From the NCBI GenBank assembly GCA_964647785.1, contig CAZYJD010000003.1, positions 1 to 60,460 on the forward strand: DNA of 60,460 nucleotides. Reading direction: 5' to 3'. The stretch's first letter is position 1. Each line of letters starts with the position of its first letter. The position numbers were made by a program, and so were the translations under genes. Below, one piece after another: positions 1 to 10,129 of the stretch. The notes under the pieces are model-generated. The model was not told the DNA's origin, ran no database searches, and saw nothing but the letters and a program-made list of their open reading frames with translations. The DNA comes from an uncultured Chitinophagaceae bacterium (GTDB lineage Bacteria > Bacteroidota > Bacteroidia > NS11-12g > UBA9320).

Positions 1-1784
1 ATGTTTGCGTTCACTTCGAAGTAATCGTATTCGCGGACCTTGGCAATCATAATCTTTGGATGATAAGTTCCAATGGTATTTTCCTTGTCGTTTAGCAGCT
101 CTTCTTTGAGTTTTTCTCCCGGCCTCAAACCTGTGAATTCAATTTTGATATCTTCATCGACAGTAAATCCTGATAGTTCTATCATTCTGGCTGCCAGGTC
201 GGCAATTTTAACTGAATTGCCCATATCAAAAATGAATATCTCGCCTCCTTGCCCCATGCTTCCAGCCTCGAGCACCAATTGACATGCCTCAGGAATGGTC
301 ATAAAATAACGTGTAATTTCAGGATGCGTTACAGTTACAGGGCCGCCCTCTTCTATTTGCTTTTTGAATAGTGGAATGACTGAGCCATTGCTACCGAGCA
401 CATTTCCAAATCTCGTGGTGATAAAGCGCGTATGTACCTCTTTTTTAAGATTTAGCATTTTACAAATCGACTGCACATACATCTCAGCAATACGTTTACT
501 GGCCCCCATAATATTGGTTGGATTCACCGCCTTATCTGTTGATATTAAAACGAATTTATCGGTTCGATATTCAACAGCAAGGTTTGCAAGTATTCTCGTA
601 CCAAAAACATTGGTATTGATCGCCTCATATGGATTCTCCTCCATAAGAGGTACGTGTTTATATGCTGCGGCATGAAAAACAACTTCAGGCCTGTAATGAT
701 CAAATACCTTTCTCATTCTTTGCTCATTGCATACATCTGCAACCATCGCCTCTGTATTCTTAAACGCTTGTAATTCAAGTTGAAGGTCATGCAAGGGGGT
801 TTCAGACTGATCAAGCATCACAATTTGACCCGGAGAAAAAGGGAGGCATTGTCGCACGAGTTCACTTCCTATGCTACCGGCGGCGCCCGTTATTAATATC
901 CGTTTGCCTTTGATGAAACTTGCTATATGCTTATTGTTCAATTGTATGGAATCTCTGCCCAGTAAGTCTTCAATCTTAATGCTCTCGATTTGGTTGAAGC
1001 TAAATTCTCCATTGATCCATTTTTCTGAATCAGGCGAGCGCTGCACTTTGACTCCTTTTTGCAACGCTGAATTCACTAAATGCTTCAACCTTGGCGGTGA
1101 AATATTGCTGGTTGAAATGATCAGCGTGGAAGGTTTAAATTTATTGTAGACTTCTTCAAATTCTTCGTCGAAGTTGTGTATTCTTACGCCATCTATGGTC
1201 TTGTGGATTAGCTGAGGATCATCATCGAAATATGCCACCACTTTAAAAGCAATATTCATATTTCCATCAATGGCCTTTTTGGTTATAAACCCACTTTCAC
1301 CTGCTCCAAATATGATCATGTTGGTGGATTTCACAGTACTTTTCTCAAAAAGGCGATAGAGATGTTTTACCCCTATTCTGAACGTAGCAAGCCAGCTGAC
1401 GAGAACAAAGAAATCGATGAATTGCAATGAGAGCGGAATCATGCGTTTCCCTGTGTTGAATTCGTAGATGTAATTCGTAAAAAAAATACCCAAGGAACTC
1501 AAGAGTATTGCCAATGACATCCGCACTGCATCCTGCGTGCTGGTATATTTGATGATCCCTCTGTATGATCGTGCTATCAAAAACCCTTGCAATCTGAAAA
1601 GCACGACAATTACACTGACCAAATAGTAATCACTGAAGCGGATGTTCTGATTGTTCAGATTGTAAAGTATGAACATCGAAAAATAAAAAGCACCCAATGA
1701 TAGAAAAGTATCTACACCCAAAACCATCCACCTGGGCGTGTTAAGTAATACTATATATTTGAGTAAAGGCTTAAAACTTTTCAT
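1..1784 (-). CDS. Polysaccharide biosynthesis protein, CapD/PglF-like nucleoside-diphosphate sugar epimerase/dehydratase (3' end runs off the window)
   Basis: Absent from the ORF track because it has no stop in the window. Manual translation from ATG at 1784 (MKSFKPLLKY...) gives N-terminal TM helices, IIFGAGESG, ILITGAAGSIGSEL, VFHAAAYKHVP, STDKAVNPTNIMGASKR, TRFGNVLGSNGSVIP and GLRPGEKL; the frame is open to position 1. Confidence 0.95.
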   Translation of the reverse strand, partial: MKSFKPLLKYIVLLNTPRWMVLGVDTFLSLGAFYFSMFILYNLNNQNIRFSDYYLVSVIVVLFRLQGFLIARSYRGIIKYTSTQDAVRMSLAILLSSLGIFFTNYIYEFNTGKRMIPLSLQFIDFFVLVSWLATFRIGVKHLYRLFEKSTVKSTNMIIFGAGESGFITKKAIDGNMNIAFKVVAYFDDDPQLIHKTIDGVRIHNFDEEFEEVYNKFKPSTLIISTSNISPPRLKHLVNSALQKGVKVQRSPDSEKWINGEFSFNQIESIKIEDLLGRDSIQLNNKHIASFIKGKRILITGAAGSIGSELVRQCLPFSPGQIVMLDQSETPLHDLQLELQAFKNTEAMVADVCNEQRMRKVFDHYRPEVVFHAAAYKHVPLMEENPYEAINTNVFGTRILANLAVEYRTDKFVLISTDKAVNPTNIMGASKRIAEMYVQSICKMLNLKKEVHTRFITTRFGNVLGSNGSVIPLFKKQIEEGGPVTVTHPEITRYFMTIPEACQLVLEAGSMGQGGEIFIFDMGNSVKIADLAARMIELSGFTVDEDIKIEFTGLRPGEKLKEELLNDKENTIGTYHPKIMIAKVREYDYFEVNAN

Positions 1785-1804
1785 TAATCTTTTTGCCGAG
1801 GAGA

Positions 1805-1812
1805 CAAATATA
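1805..1812 (-). promoter_or_regulatory. Bacteroidota sigma-A -7 box (TATATTTG) for the CapD-like gene
   Basis: Exact TAnnTTTG on the minus strand, 20 nt upstream of ATG 1784. Confidence 0.7.
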
Positions 1813-1829
1813 GATAATCTTTATACTTT

Positions 1830-4800
1830 TTATTTTAAAATAGTAACTGTTCCTTTCACATGGTGCACACTTCTGTCCCAGCCGGTGTATTTAATTTGAT
1901 AGACGTACACGCTTTGGGGGGTCATGGTTCCATTTGCAAAACCATCCCATATCTCGTGCTTATCTTGTGTTTCAAATACCTTGCCTCCCCAGCGATCGTA
2001 TACCTTCAAATCATATTCTTTTACAAACACCGGAACAATGCCCCAAAGTTCGTTGAGTCCATCGCCATTAGGAGTGAACGCATTGGGTACATGCAGCAGT
2101 GGTGGTTGAATGAGGTAAATCGCATTTGACCAACTCTCAGCCCCAAAGCCATTTTCACCTTCCACAGCTTTTACCTGATACCAATACCCTCCCCAATCGT
2201 AGTTTAGTTCATCATCATACAAGTTACTTGGGGATGGAGACAAATCATATTTTTTGCGAAGCACACCGGTATCCACCATGCTAAACATTTCAAAGCGTTG
2301 AATTCCTTTTTCCCAGCCCTCATAAGGATTCCAATAAAGATTGAAAGCAAATGGGGGTTCGTCTCCTCTCAAGACCATCGAACATCCAAAGTCGCCATAT
2401 TGGCTTACATGGCCGCAATTATCTCTGATTCTCATTCGGTAGCAATAGGAATCTTCGTGCACATTAACCGATCGATCGTGGAAAAATGTGTCATCTCTAT
2501 TTTCTATCACCTTCAGCAATTGCCAATCTTCTGTCTTATCACCAAATTGCTTCTTCCGATAAAGTTCATAGGAGAAAAAGTCTTCTTCCTTTGAACGAAA
2601 CCATTGCACACTTAAAAAGTCATTTTCCTCTACTGTTACCGTATAAATGGCCGTGGTACTGATCGGTGCGATGAATTCGCCACTGGATGAAACCACATAG
2701 GAGGTGTCTCCCAGCTGATTGCATTTGTTTAAAACCCGGATGAAATATTGATAATTGTTCTTGGTTGGGGCGAGCAAGTCTGTATCCAGATAAACACCAT
2801 TTGCAGCAGAACTTGAGCTATCGATGATCTTAGTGCTGCCATCAGGTGCTATTCTATACAGGTATAATTTTTCAAAATACTTATTGCTGTAAACATCTTC
2901 CCATCTTAAGCGCACATGTTGATCCTCATTCTCGAAAGTAAGGCAAAGAACTTCGGGAGGCGGCATCAGTGGTGGCGGATCCACCAGAATTGAAATGGTT
3001 GCAAGACTATCCTCCCGGTATGGACAACCCCGATCGGTTACCAATAATGGAATTTTAAGGGTATCGCCAGTGAACATTTCACAACCTGGCACAAATCGAA
3101 AATGATGTCTTGCAGTGTCAGGCCAGATGCTTCGCTCACTCCCTTTTAAGAGATAGGGCTTCATGTCATCTGGCAGAAAGAAAAACAACTCAATGGAGTC
3201 ACCATTTTGATCATAAGCCATGATCTCAAAATCAAGGGTATCAAATACCCGAACCCGCATAAAGGTATCTTTGACAACGGGCTTCAAATTGATGTTTCCA
3301 AATTCGAATTTGAAAGATGCATTGCTACAGCGCGGACTCGGATTGCTCTTAGCGAAAGCGCCATCTGTGGTTGGGAAATCTGAAATCTGGCTTTGAAATG
3401 GATAATTCGACGGACAACTGGCACATACGCTTTGGTATACCGCTCCTCTTTTATCAAATCGGCTGGTTCCACCATCTACATGGTCATTCGTTCTATTACC
3501 GCCCATGTAGGTGGCGTAAAGCAGTTGCCTTGCATCTTTCTCAAGAACAAAGAGATAAAAGTCGCTGCCATCTGTGGTTTTGTAGGCTGCATCTGCAGTG
3601 GTAGGCAAATCTCTTGTATTGCTTCCGTTGACCAGGCTAGAAGCTCCTCCCCAGCCCGATGCGTATATCTTGCCACATTCATCCACCATGAAAGCGTTGA
3701 TGGTTATATCGGGTACTCCACGGCCTGAACCAATGGTTGTTGAGAAGCGTAAGCTACTCAGGTCTTTGGTGAAAGAACTCACAAAAACTCCACTATTGGC
3801 ATTGACGTAGACCTCAGCTCGCACCGGCATGCTTCCTTCGCTTTGGCCGATGACATAAACATTGCCGCTGCGGTCGAAATCGAGTGAAAAAACTTGATCG
3901 TAGCGCGCTGTGCCCCAATACATGTATTTACTCAGGGTATTTCCGGTTGCAGAAACAGCAGCAATAAAACCATCGGTGCGCCCCGAATAGCTTGCATTGA
4001 GCACCCCCTGCCCTCTCCCCATTCCCGCACTTGATGTTCCTCCAGATAAATAGATATCACCTCCGGATGGATGCACATCTACGCTGTACAAACCATCATT
4101 CCCTTCCCCACCTAAATATGAACCAAGAATGAGTTCGCTCAGATCAGGCTTGAATTTTAGTAGAATTCCATCGCTGTAGCCCCCCCCAAATTCCTTCTGG
4201 AATGCGCTATTCGTCATGCTCAAATCTCTCGAACTTGTGCTGCTGGCAATCAGAATATTACCTTGAGCATCAAGATTTACTTCGCCCCGGAAATTATCGG
4301 CATAGAAATACTTTAGATTCTCCGCTTCATTTACGCCATCCATACCGTTGCTGCCGAAATAGGTGCTTCCTGACAAGCGTGATCCATCGGCAGAAAATTT
4401 GGTGATCACCATATCGAATGAGTCACTGTAAAAAGGTTGATATGCAGTAACCGTTACAGGGTAATTCACAGACATGCTGGTGCCAAATACGATCAACTCA
4501 TTTTCATCATTCACAATGAGGCTGTGCGGATATTCGTTGTTCACCCCTCCGAGATAGGTAGCATATAGCAGTTGTCTGCCATCCGGGCTGTATTTACTAA
4601 TGCTAATATCACAGGCAAGCGAATATCCATAAATGGGCAATACCACTCCTCCGGCAAAGGTTCTCTGATATGCCCCTGCCGTGGCCGGAAATCTGCCATT
4701 TCGAAGTGCTGGAATCTGATCATAGGGTGAGGTAGCAATTCCTCCGGCATACAGATGCCCTTCTTCATCGAATGTGGCCGTAAAACCAAAGTTATCGACC

Positions 4801-5585
4801 GTACTGCCTGAATAGGTGCTAAAAACTAGTTCGGGATCAATGATCAATGGAACTCTTTTCAACAAGCCCCTGTTGCGAAAGCGAATAACGCCTTCTGAAT
4901 CGATTTCATATTCAACCTCTGCTGGAACTTTTGAACCATTTTCCAGGTGGTATGAAAGAGGAATGCTTTCTTCTACCCATCCAATGGAGGTTTTCATTTT
5001 TATGCGCCCATGCTCTATTTTGATGCTCTCATAACCTTCATACTTCAGGGCTATTTGCCCGATATCGGCATCGGATGAAAGAATCAAGTTGTACTTCACC
5101 CCTTTTTCAGTCTCGAGTATCTCTAGGTCAATCCCTGGATACAAATCCTTTTTGTACAACTTTGAAAATAATGGAACCGATGAACGCCATTGCTTCTGAT
5201 CGTTGCCGATGAAATAATTGTGGTGCTCGGAGTACCTCCCGCTTGATTCCAGATGATCTGACATTTTACTCGAGCCCAAGAAGTTCATTTTAAGCACATG
5301 GGCTTTCAATACAACGGGTTTAAGAGTAGCCGATCCTTTCTCATGATTGTGCATCACCAGTTGCGACCAAACTTCTTCATCATGTGTGAGCAGGGTAAAG
5401 CCATTTTTATCAAGATAAAAACGACCACCAATGGAATTACGGGCGTACAAAATTTCCGGATCCCATTGTCCCTTATTTTGAATAAAGCCTCCTGAGGATG
5501 CAAATGCTTGCCCTTGGCACAAAACAATTGTCAGGCCTGCGATGAGCAGTATAAGACCAACTGTTTGTTTAAAGGTGTGCAACAT
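1830..5585 (-). CDS. T9SS type B cargo: large surface protein with beta-propeller (SBBP-like) repeats, fibronectin-like segments and a gliding-motility-associated C-terminal domain
   Basis: Signal peptide (start probably ATG 5585, MLHTFKQ; the ORF track extends to 5606). FIQNKGQW...YPGIDL N-terminal domain, repeated FSTYSGS/YATYLGG/GSTYFGS/GSYLGGEGND blades, and C-terminal HVPNAFTPNGDGLNELW...YDRWGGKVF...KGTVTILK (TIGR04131/CHU_C-type). Confidence 0.88.
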   Translation of the reverse strand: MLHTFKQTVGLILLIAGLTIVLCQGQAFASSGGFIQNKGQWDPEILYARNSIGGRFYLDKNGFTLLTHDEEVWSQLVMHNHEKGSATLKPVVLKAHVLKMNFLGSSKMSDHLESSGRYSEHHNYFIGNDQKQWRSSVPLFSKLYKKDLYPGIDLEILETEKGVKYNLILSSDADIGQIALKYEGYESIKIEHGRIKMKTSIGWVEESIPLSYHLENGSKVPAEVEYEIDSEGVIRFRNRGLLKRVPLIIDPELVFSTYSGSTVDNFGFTATFDEEGHLYAGGIATSPYDQIPALRNGRFPATAGAYQRTFAGGVVLPIYGYSLACDISISKYSPDGRQLLYATYLGGVNNEYPHSLIVNDENELIVFGTSMSVNYPVTVTAYQPFYSDSFDMVITKFSADGSRLSGSTYFGSNGMDGVNEAENLKYFYADNFRGEVNLDAQGNILIASSTSSRDLSMTNSAFQKEFGGGYSDGILLKFKPDLSELILGSYLGGEGNDGLYSVDVHPSGGDIYLSGGTSSAGMGRGQGVLNASYSGRTDGFIAAVSATGNTLSKYMYWGTARYDQVFSLDFDRSGNVYVIGQSEGSMPVRAEVYVNANSGVFVSSFTKDLSSLRFSTTIGSGRGVPDITINAFMVDECGKIYASGWGGASSLVNGSNTRDLPTTADAAYKTTDGSDFYLFVLEKDARQLLYATYMGGNRTNDHVDGGTSRFDKRGAVYQSVCASCPSNYPFQSQISDFPTTDGAFAKSNPSPRCSNASFKFEFGNINLKPVVKDTFMRVRVFDTLDFEIMAYDQNGDSIELFFFLPDDMKPYLLKGSERSIWPDTARHHFRFVPGCEMFTGDTLKIPLLVTDRGCPYREDSLATISILVDPPPLMPPPEVLCLTFENEDQHVRLRWEDVYSNKYFEKLYLYRIAPDGSTKIIDSSSSAANGVYLDTDLLAPTKNNYQYFIRVLNKCNQLGDTSYVVSSSGEFIAPISTTAIYTVTVEENDFLSVQWFRSKEEDFFSYELYRKKQFGDKTEDWQLLKVIENRDDTFFHDRSVNVHEDSYCYRMRIRDNCGHVSQYGDFGCSMVLRGDEPPFAFNLYWNPYEGWEKGIQRFEMFSMVDTGVLRKKYDLSPSPSNLYDDELNYDWGGYWYQVKAVEGENGFGAESWSNAIYLIQPPLLHVPNAFTPNGDGLNELWGIVPVFVKEYDLKVYDRWGGKVFETQDKHEIWDGFANGTMTPQSVYVYQIKYTGWDRSVHHVKGTVTILK

Positions 5586-5627
5586 TCCACCCGCTAAGAT
5601 ACGCAAGATGGCGAAAAGGTTGCTCCT

Positions 5628-7955
5628 TTAATACGCTTCGGCGGTAAAGGGGAAAAGTGTAACGCTGTATTTAAAAGTTGATTTATCTGATAATGTGATG
5701 GTTACATCAAATATCGTCTCTTTGTCAATTTTTGAACGATCGATCTCGGGGATCCATACGATGGTGGGCATTCCATATCCTTCTGTGTATGTTTGTTGAG
5801 CAAGTTTTACCGCTTGTCCATTGCTGGTCATTGTAACTTTTGCCCCCTTTAAATCGCGGTAAAGTGAGAACGACCATTGATCGAAGGCCATCATTACAGG
5901 TAAATAGCCTTCATTGGGCCACGCAACATACTGCTCACGATAAACGGCAGAATCAGTACTTCCTGAGTCGTCGAGTGCCCAAATGCAACTGAAGTTTGTG
6001 GTACTTCCGTGTCCGTACTCCTTGGCATTCGGATACATCAACCATCTGCGATTACCGAGGGTTTTATTTTTATTATCAGCAAAGAAAGCAGTTACAGCCA
6101 CCGAGGTATTCACCCCTTTGGTAAGCAGCCCGTATTTGGCTGCCTCTGCTCCTTCCGATGTATAACAACGCCAATTACGAGCGGGGTAATGGTCGATTTT
6201 ATCATTGGCCTCCATCATCAATGCAGCTTGCTGGCACCAATCGTTTAATTCTTTTACGAGGTAAATCTCAGGCACTCCAGCATTTCTTCTGAAGTAATTG
6301 ATTCTAGACTCGATTTTTCTTTCGATGGTTTTCTTAATTGTACCAGGGTAACAAGTGTTGGGATCGCCATTCCATTCAAATTCCTCTATCCATTCACCCA
6401 ATACACTGTCTTTGGTCATACGGGTTTCATAATAGTTGTAGTAAAAATCATCTTTGGCTATGCGAATGCGCTGCTCTTTCCAATGTTTTTTATCCGTGGC
6501 ACTTGATGCACGCTTATCTTCTTCTTTGGCTATTTCGGCTGCTTTGGCATAGCGGCCAGCTTTCATCAGTGGATCGAGTAATTCTGTGCTCACCTTTTTT
6601 AGTGCCATTAGCACTGCGGCATCATTTCCTGCATTGTATTCATCTACCAATAGGGTTCGTAAAGCCAGTGCTTCACTGATATCACCTGCTTTAGGACTGC
6701 TTTTCAACGCCAGGGTCTTCCGGTAGGTCTTGAGATCATCATTTTCCGGATATCTGTCTGTTCCAGACTTCATGATCATGGAAGCGAGTCCAAGACTTTC
6801 TTTCTCAGCAGCAAAATCAGTGATAATGATCCATCGTTTAACCAAAGCAGCTTCATCGGCAGATTCAGCAGTGAGATCCATGTAGTGCGAAATTGCCGAT
6901 CGAGCTGCAAGGTCGTGACCCTCTCGATAATAGTATTTGCCCATTTTCCAAACTGCGTCACTCTCTTTCTCAGATACAAACTCATCGTGCTTCTGATAAA
7001 TGCTCTTATCATCGGCGGTGTAGCGCTTCACCTTTTCTGCAGCAAACTCATTCACCAGCAGCAAGGCAGAAGAGGGTTCATTCTCCTCGACATACTTCCG
7101 ATAAAGATACAGCAAGATGGCGTTGTCTTTATGCATGAGGGTCGTGTCTGTAGGGAAATACCTCAGTGCCTCCTGCACCTTTTCTTTCAGCAAAACAGAC
7201 GGCATCATATTCTTTAGCTGTTCTTTATAGACTTCTAGAAGATAGTAATTGAGCCTAGCGTTGTCATCGAAAATTTGTCTGCCTGCGATCAGGTAAATCG
7301 CTGCTGAGTCGTATTTCTGGCGATTCCAGTAATATTCGCCGTAAAACAGGTATGGATCAGGAACCATCACTTTGCTTTTTCCCGATGCCGATACAGCGTC
7401 GTTGAATCGCTGCATAAGGGTATCATAAATTAAACGTCCGGCGGCGGTATCTCCCATCGTCATATTTGTTTTTCCCATCCAGAAGTAAGCGGTGGTATCT
7501 CCATTGAGTTCGTAACTCTTGGCAAATGTTCTTAGGGCTTTGTAGTAACCATTCACATTGTACATATCAATGGCTGCCTGGTTGTTCAATCCGGCTATTC
7601 TTGACAATAGAACCGGGTTTGCTTTCAAAAGGGCCGGACCATCTCCCTTGCGGGCGGCTTTATCGAGGTATTTAATGGCCGTGCTCACAGCATCAGGATA
7701 TTTTTCGCTCAGATATTCATCGTTGTGAATGAAGTAGAGTGTTTCTGCTCCAAGTATGTATGGCACAGCACTTTTTCTCAATTCTGGATCTTCCATGGCC
7801 TCTTCGCAAAGCTTGATGGCTCTTTTATACAAACCGTCATCAAGCGCCTGCTCGATTTTCGTTACCATTTCAGAATTCTGAGCCTGAAGGGTAAAAGGCA
7901 AAAGACAGATGAAGAAAACAACAATTGTTTTAAAATTTCTTTTTCTGATTTTCAT
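5628..7955 (-). CDS. Exported protein with helical (TPR-like) repeats and a C-terminal CAP/SCP-like domain
   Basis: Signal peptide ending ...LQAQ, long alpha-helical region with TPR-like segments, then INYFRRNAGV...QQAALMMEANDKIDHYP...LGNRRWLMYP, which resembles a bacterial CAP domain. Confidence 0.7.
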   Translation of the reverse strand: MKIRKRNFKTIVVFFICLLPFTLQAQNSEMVTKIEQALDDGLYKRAIKLCEEAMEDPELRKSAVPYILGAETLYFIHNDEYLSEKYPDAVSTAIKYLDKAARKGDGPALLKANPVLLSRIAGLNNQAAIDMYNVNGYYKALRTFAKSYELNGDTTAYFWMGKTNMTMGDTAAGRLIYDTLMQRFNDAVSASGKSKVMVPDPYLFYGEYYWNRQKYDSAAIYLIAGRQIFDDNARLNYYLLEVYKEQLKNMMPSVLLKEKVQEALRYFPTDTTLMHKDNAILLYLYRKYVEENEPSSALLLVNEFAAEKVKRYTADDKSIYQKHDEFVSEKESDAVWKMGKYYYREGHDLAARSAISHYMDLTAESADEAALVKRWIIITDFAAEKESLGLASMIMKSGTDRYPENDDLKTYRKTLALKSSPKAGDISEALALRTLLVDEYNAGNDAAVLMALKKVSTELLDPLMKAGRYAKAAEIAKEEDKRASSATDKKHWKEQRIRIAKDDFYYNYYETRMTKDSVLGEWIEEFEWNGDPNTCYPGTIKKTIERKIESRINYFRRNAGVPEIYLVKELNDWCQQAALMMEANDKIDHYPARNWRCYTSEGAEAAKYGLLTKGVNTSVAVTAFFADNKNKTLGNRRWLMYPNAKEYGHGSTTNFSCIWALDDSGSTDSAVYREQYVAWPNEGYLPVMMAFDQWSFSLYRDLKGAKVTMTSNGQAVKLAQQTYTEGYGMPTIVWIPEIDRSKIDKETIFDVTITLSDKSTFKYSVTLFPFTAEAY

Positions 7956-7979
7956 AGATTCTTCAATTATACAAAACGT

Positions 7980-8285
7980 TTAAACACTCTCGGTTGCATC
8001 CGACAGCAAATTCGTACTCCAAGCTTCCGCCTGTTGATCAAAAAGGGCTTTTGTTTGTTTCCAAGTGTTCTTAAACAATTCACTTTTTCTATAACGCTCA
8101 AGGGCTTGATCGTCTTGCCAAAGGCTATAAGTAAAAAATATTTTGGGATCATTTTTGTCTTGCAAAAGTTTAACCCCCTCACAGCCTTCAAAGGCCGCAA
8201 TGCGATCTTTGCTTGACTCAAAAATTTCTTTGAATTGATGCACGGCTTCCAGCCTGAAAGTAAGTTTTACAATTCGGTTGATCAT
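7980..8285 (-). CDS. Antibiotic-biosynthesis-monooxygenase (ABM) domain protein / putative quinol monooxygenase
   Basis: 101 aa; MINRIVKLTF...GCEGVKLLQD...FFTYSLWQDDQALERYRKSELF...W pattern; ATGA overlap with the upstream gene. Confidence 0.85.
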   Translation of the reverse strand: MINRIVKLTFRLEAVHQFKEIFESSKDRIAAFEGCEGVKLLQDKNDPKIFFTYSLWQDDQALERYRKSELFKNTWKQTKALFDQQAEAWSTNLLSDATESV

Positions 8286-9046
8286 TTTCTTTCTATGATG
8301 ATGTTGCTTCCCTTCCTCAACCCCAGCAAACCTGATGCATTGCCTTCATTGATTGACACCTGCAGATATCCCGTGTCATCAAAAAATGCCACAATTTCAC
8401 CTGGTGGTAAGGCGTCAAAATCATCACTAATTTTCTCAATTTCCTCATGCCTGCTCAGGCGGATTCGAATTTTATCGCTCCCTCCTAATTTGGCCACTTC
8501 ATCGCGGTGAACATTGGTGTACACATTTTCATAGCGATCAACGTATACCACCGTGCCTGTTATGCGATCGATGGTTCTGACAGGTTGCAGAAATGCTTTT
8601 TGATTCATTTGATCCAAAGAAACCACTGAAAATTCATTCCATTTACCCTGCAAGAGGTAAATGCAAGCAGCTGAAAATGCCTCTTTCACTGAAATCTCCT
8701 GATCGGGCAAAGTGAACTTTCGGAGTTCGTGAATTTCAGGAAGAATACTTAAGATTCCATTGTCGGTGCAGATGTATGTTCGGTCTTCAAAGCGGGCGGC
8801 CAGAAGGCTTCCATTTTTCCGAAGACTGGTATCCACCATGATCATGCAAATGTTATGGGATGGAAGATGGGGATAGGATTGTTTTAGTATGAATGCAGCT
8901 TCATTGCTGTTGTAGGGTTCAATGTTGTGCTCGATGTCTAAAAACACCAAATCTGGGAAAACAGAAAGAATGCGTGATTTCACACTTCCCAGCATGAAAG
9001 AGCCTGCGCCAAAATCACTTATCAGGGATACAGATTTGATTTGCAA
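8282..9046 (-). CDS. SAM-dependent chlorinase/fluorinase / SAM hydroxide adenosyltransferase family (DUF62) protein
   Basis: TTG start; ISDFG, DIEHNI, VD, DNGIL, GTVVYVDRYENVYTN, AFFDDTGYLQVSINEGNASGLLGL. Confidence 0.85.
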   Translation of the reverse strand: MQIKSVSLISDFGAGSFMLGSVKSRILSVFPDLVFLDIEHNIEPYNSNEAAFILKQSYPHLPSHNICMIMVDTSLRKNGSLLAARFEDRTYICTDNGILSILPEIHELRKFTLPDQEISVKEAFSAACIYLLQGKWNEFSVVSLDQMNQKAFLQPVRTIDRITGTVVYVDRYENVYTNVHRDEVAKLGGSDKIRIRLSRHEEIEKISDDFDALPPGEIVAFFDDTGYLQVSINEGNASGLLGLRKGSNIIIERK

Positions 9047-9053
9047 AAAGCTT

Positions 9054-9061
9054 TAATTTTG
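9054..9061 (+). promoter_or_regulatory. -7 box (TAATTTTG) for phoH
   Basis: Exact TAnnTTTG in the 66-nt divergent intergenic region; a TAATTTCG variant lies on the minus strand at 9066-9073. Confidence 0.6.
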
Positions 9062-9112
9062 AGAGCGAAATTAATGGTGAACCTGAACTTTAACTGAAGA
9101 CTTTCAAAAAGA

Positions 9113-10129
9113 TTGACAGAAAAAATTTTCCTCATTGACCAAATCAACCCTTTAAGGTTCTTCGGTCCTGATAACAAGACACTTAATCACATTAAGAATT
9201 CTTTCCCCGGAATTCGTATTGTAAGCCGTGGCAATATGATCAAGGCTACAGGGCCTGAAGATCTGCTGGAACGCTTTGGAGAGAAACTGGAGCAAATGAT
9301 TCGATATCTCGAGGAGCATCCGGAAATTGAACATGAAGTAATTGATAAAATGATGCGAGATGAATGGGTGGATGTTCATCCGGAACTTACCCAAGGAGAT
9401 CAGGTACTGGTTTATGGTCCAGGAGGAAAAAGCATCAAAGCCAGAACCCCCAACCAAAAGCTTTTGGTATATGAAATCGAACGAAACGACATCGTTTTTG
9501 CTTTGGGACCTGCAGGAACCGGTAAAACTTACACAGCCGTTGCGGTGGCGGTACGTGCTCTTAAAAACAAGCAAGTAAAACGCATCATTCTTGCACGCCC
9601 GGCAGTGGAAGCAGGTGAAAATCTCGGCTTTTTACCAGGGGATATGAAGGACAAAATTGACCCATATCTGCGTCCGCTATACGACGCATTGGAAGACATG
9701 CTGCCGCCAGATAAATTCATCAAATACATGGAGAACCGCACCATAGAAATTGCACCTATGGCCTTCATGAGAGGAAGAACACTTGACCATTGCTTTGTGA
9801 TTCTGGATGAGGCGCAAAATGCCACCGATACGCAGTTGAAGATGTTTCTAACCCGCATGGGGCCGAATGCAAAAATTATTGTAACTGGCGATTTGAGCCA
9901 AGTTGATCTTCCGAGAAATCAAAAATCAGGTTTGATTCGAGCAACCCGTATTTTAGGGGGCATTCCCGGTATTCGAATGGTTTATCTCGACGTGGAAGAT
10001 GTGGTGCGCCACCGTCTTGTGAAAAAAATCATCACCGCCTATGAAAAGAGTGATGAGCGGTCCGATTTGCCAAAAAAATTGCCTGCAAAAGAACCCACTG
10101 ATCATCCTAAATCCAAACCAACAGAATGA
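9113..10129 (+). CDS. phoH: PhoH family ATPase
   Basis: TTG start; GPAGTGKT Walker A, RPAVEAGENLGFLPGD, AFMRGRTL, ILDEAQN, VTGDLSQVDLP, DVVRHRLV. Confidence 0.95.
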   Translation: MTEKIFLIDQINPLRFFGPDNKTLNHIKNSFPGIRIVSRGNMIKATGPEDLLERFGEKLEQMIRYLEEHPEIEHEVIDKMMRDEWVDVHPELTQGDQVLVYGPGGKSIKARTPNQKLLVYEIERNDIVFALGPAGTGKTYTAVAVAVRALKNKQVKRIILARPAVEAGENLGFLPGDMKDKIDPYLRPLYDALEDMLPPDKFIKYMENRTIEIAPMAFMRGRTLDHCFVILDEAQNATDTQLKMFLTRMGPNAKIIVTGDLSQVDLPRNQKSGLIRATRILGGIPGIRMVYLDVEDVVRHRLVKKIITAYEKSDERSDLPKKLPAKEPTDHPKSKPTE

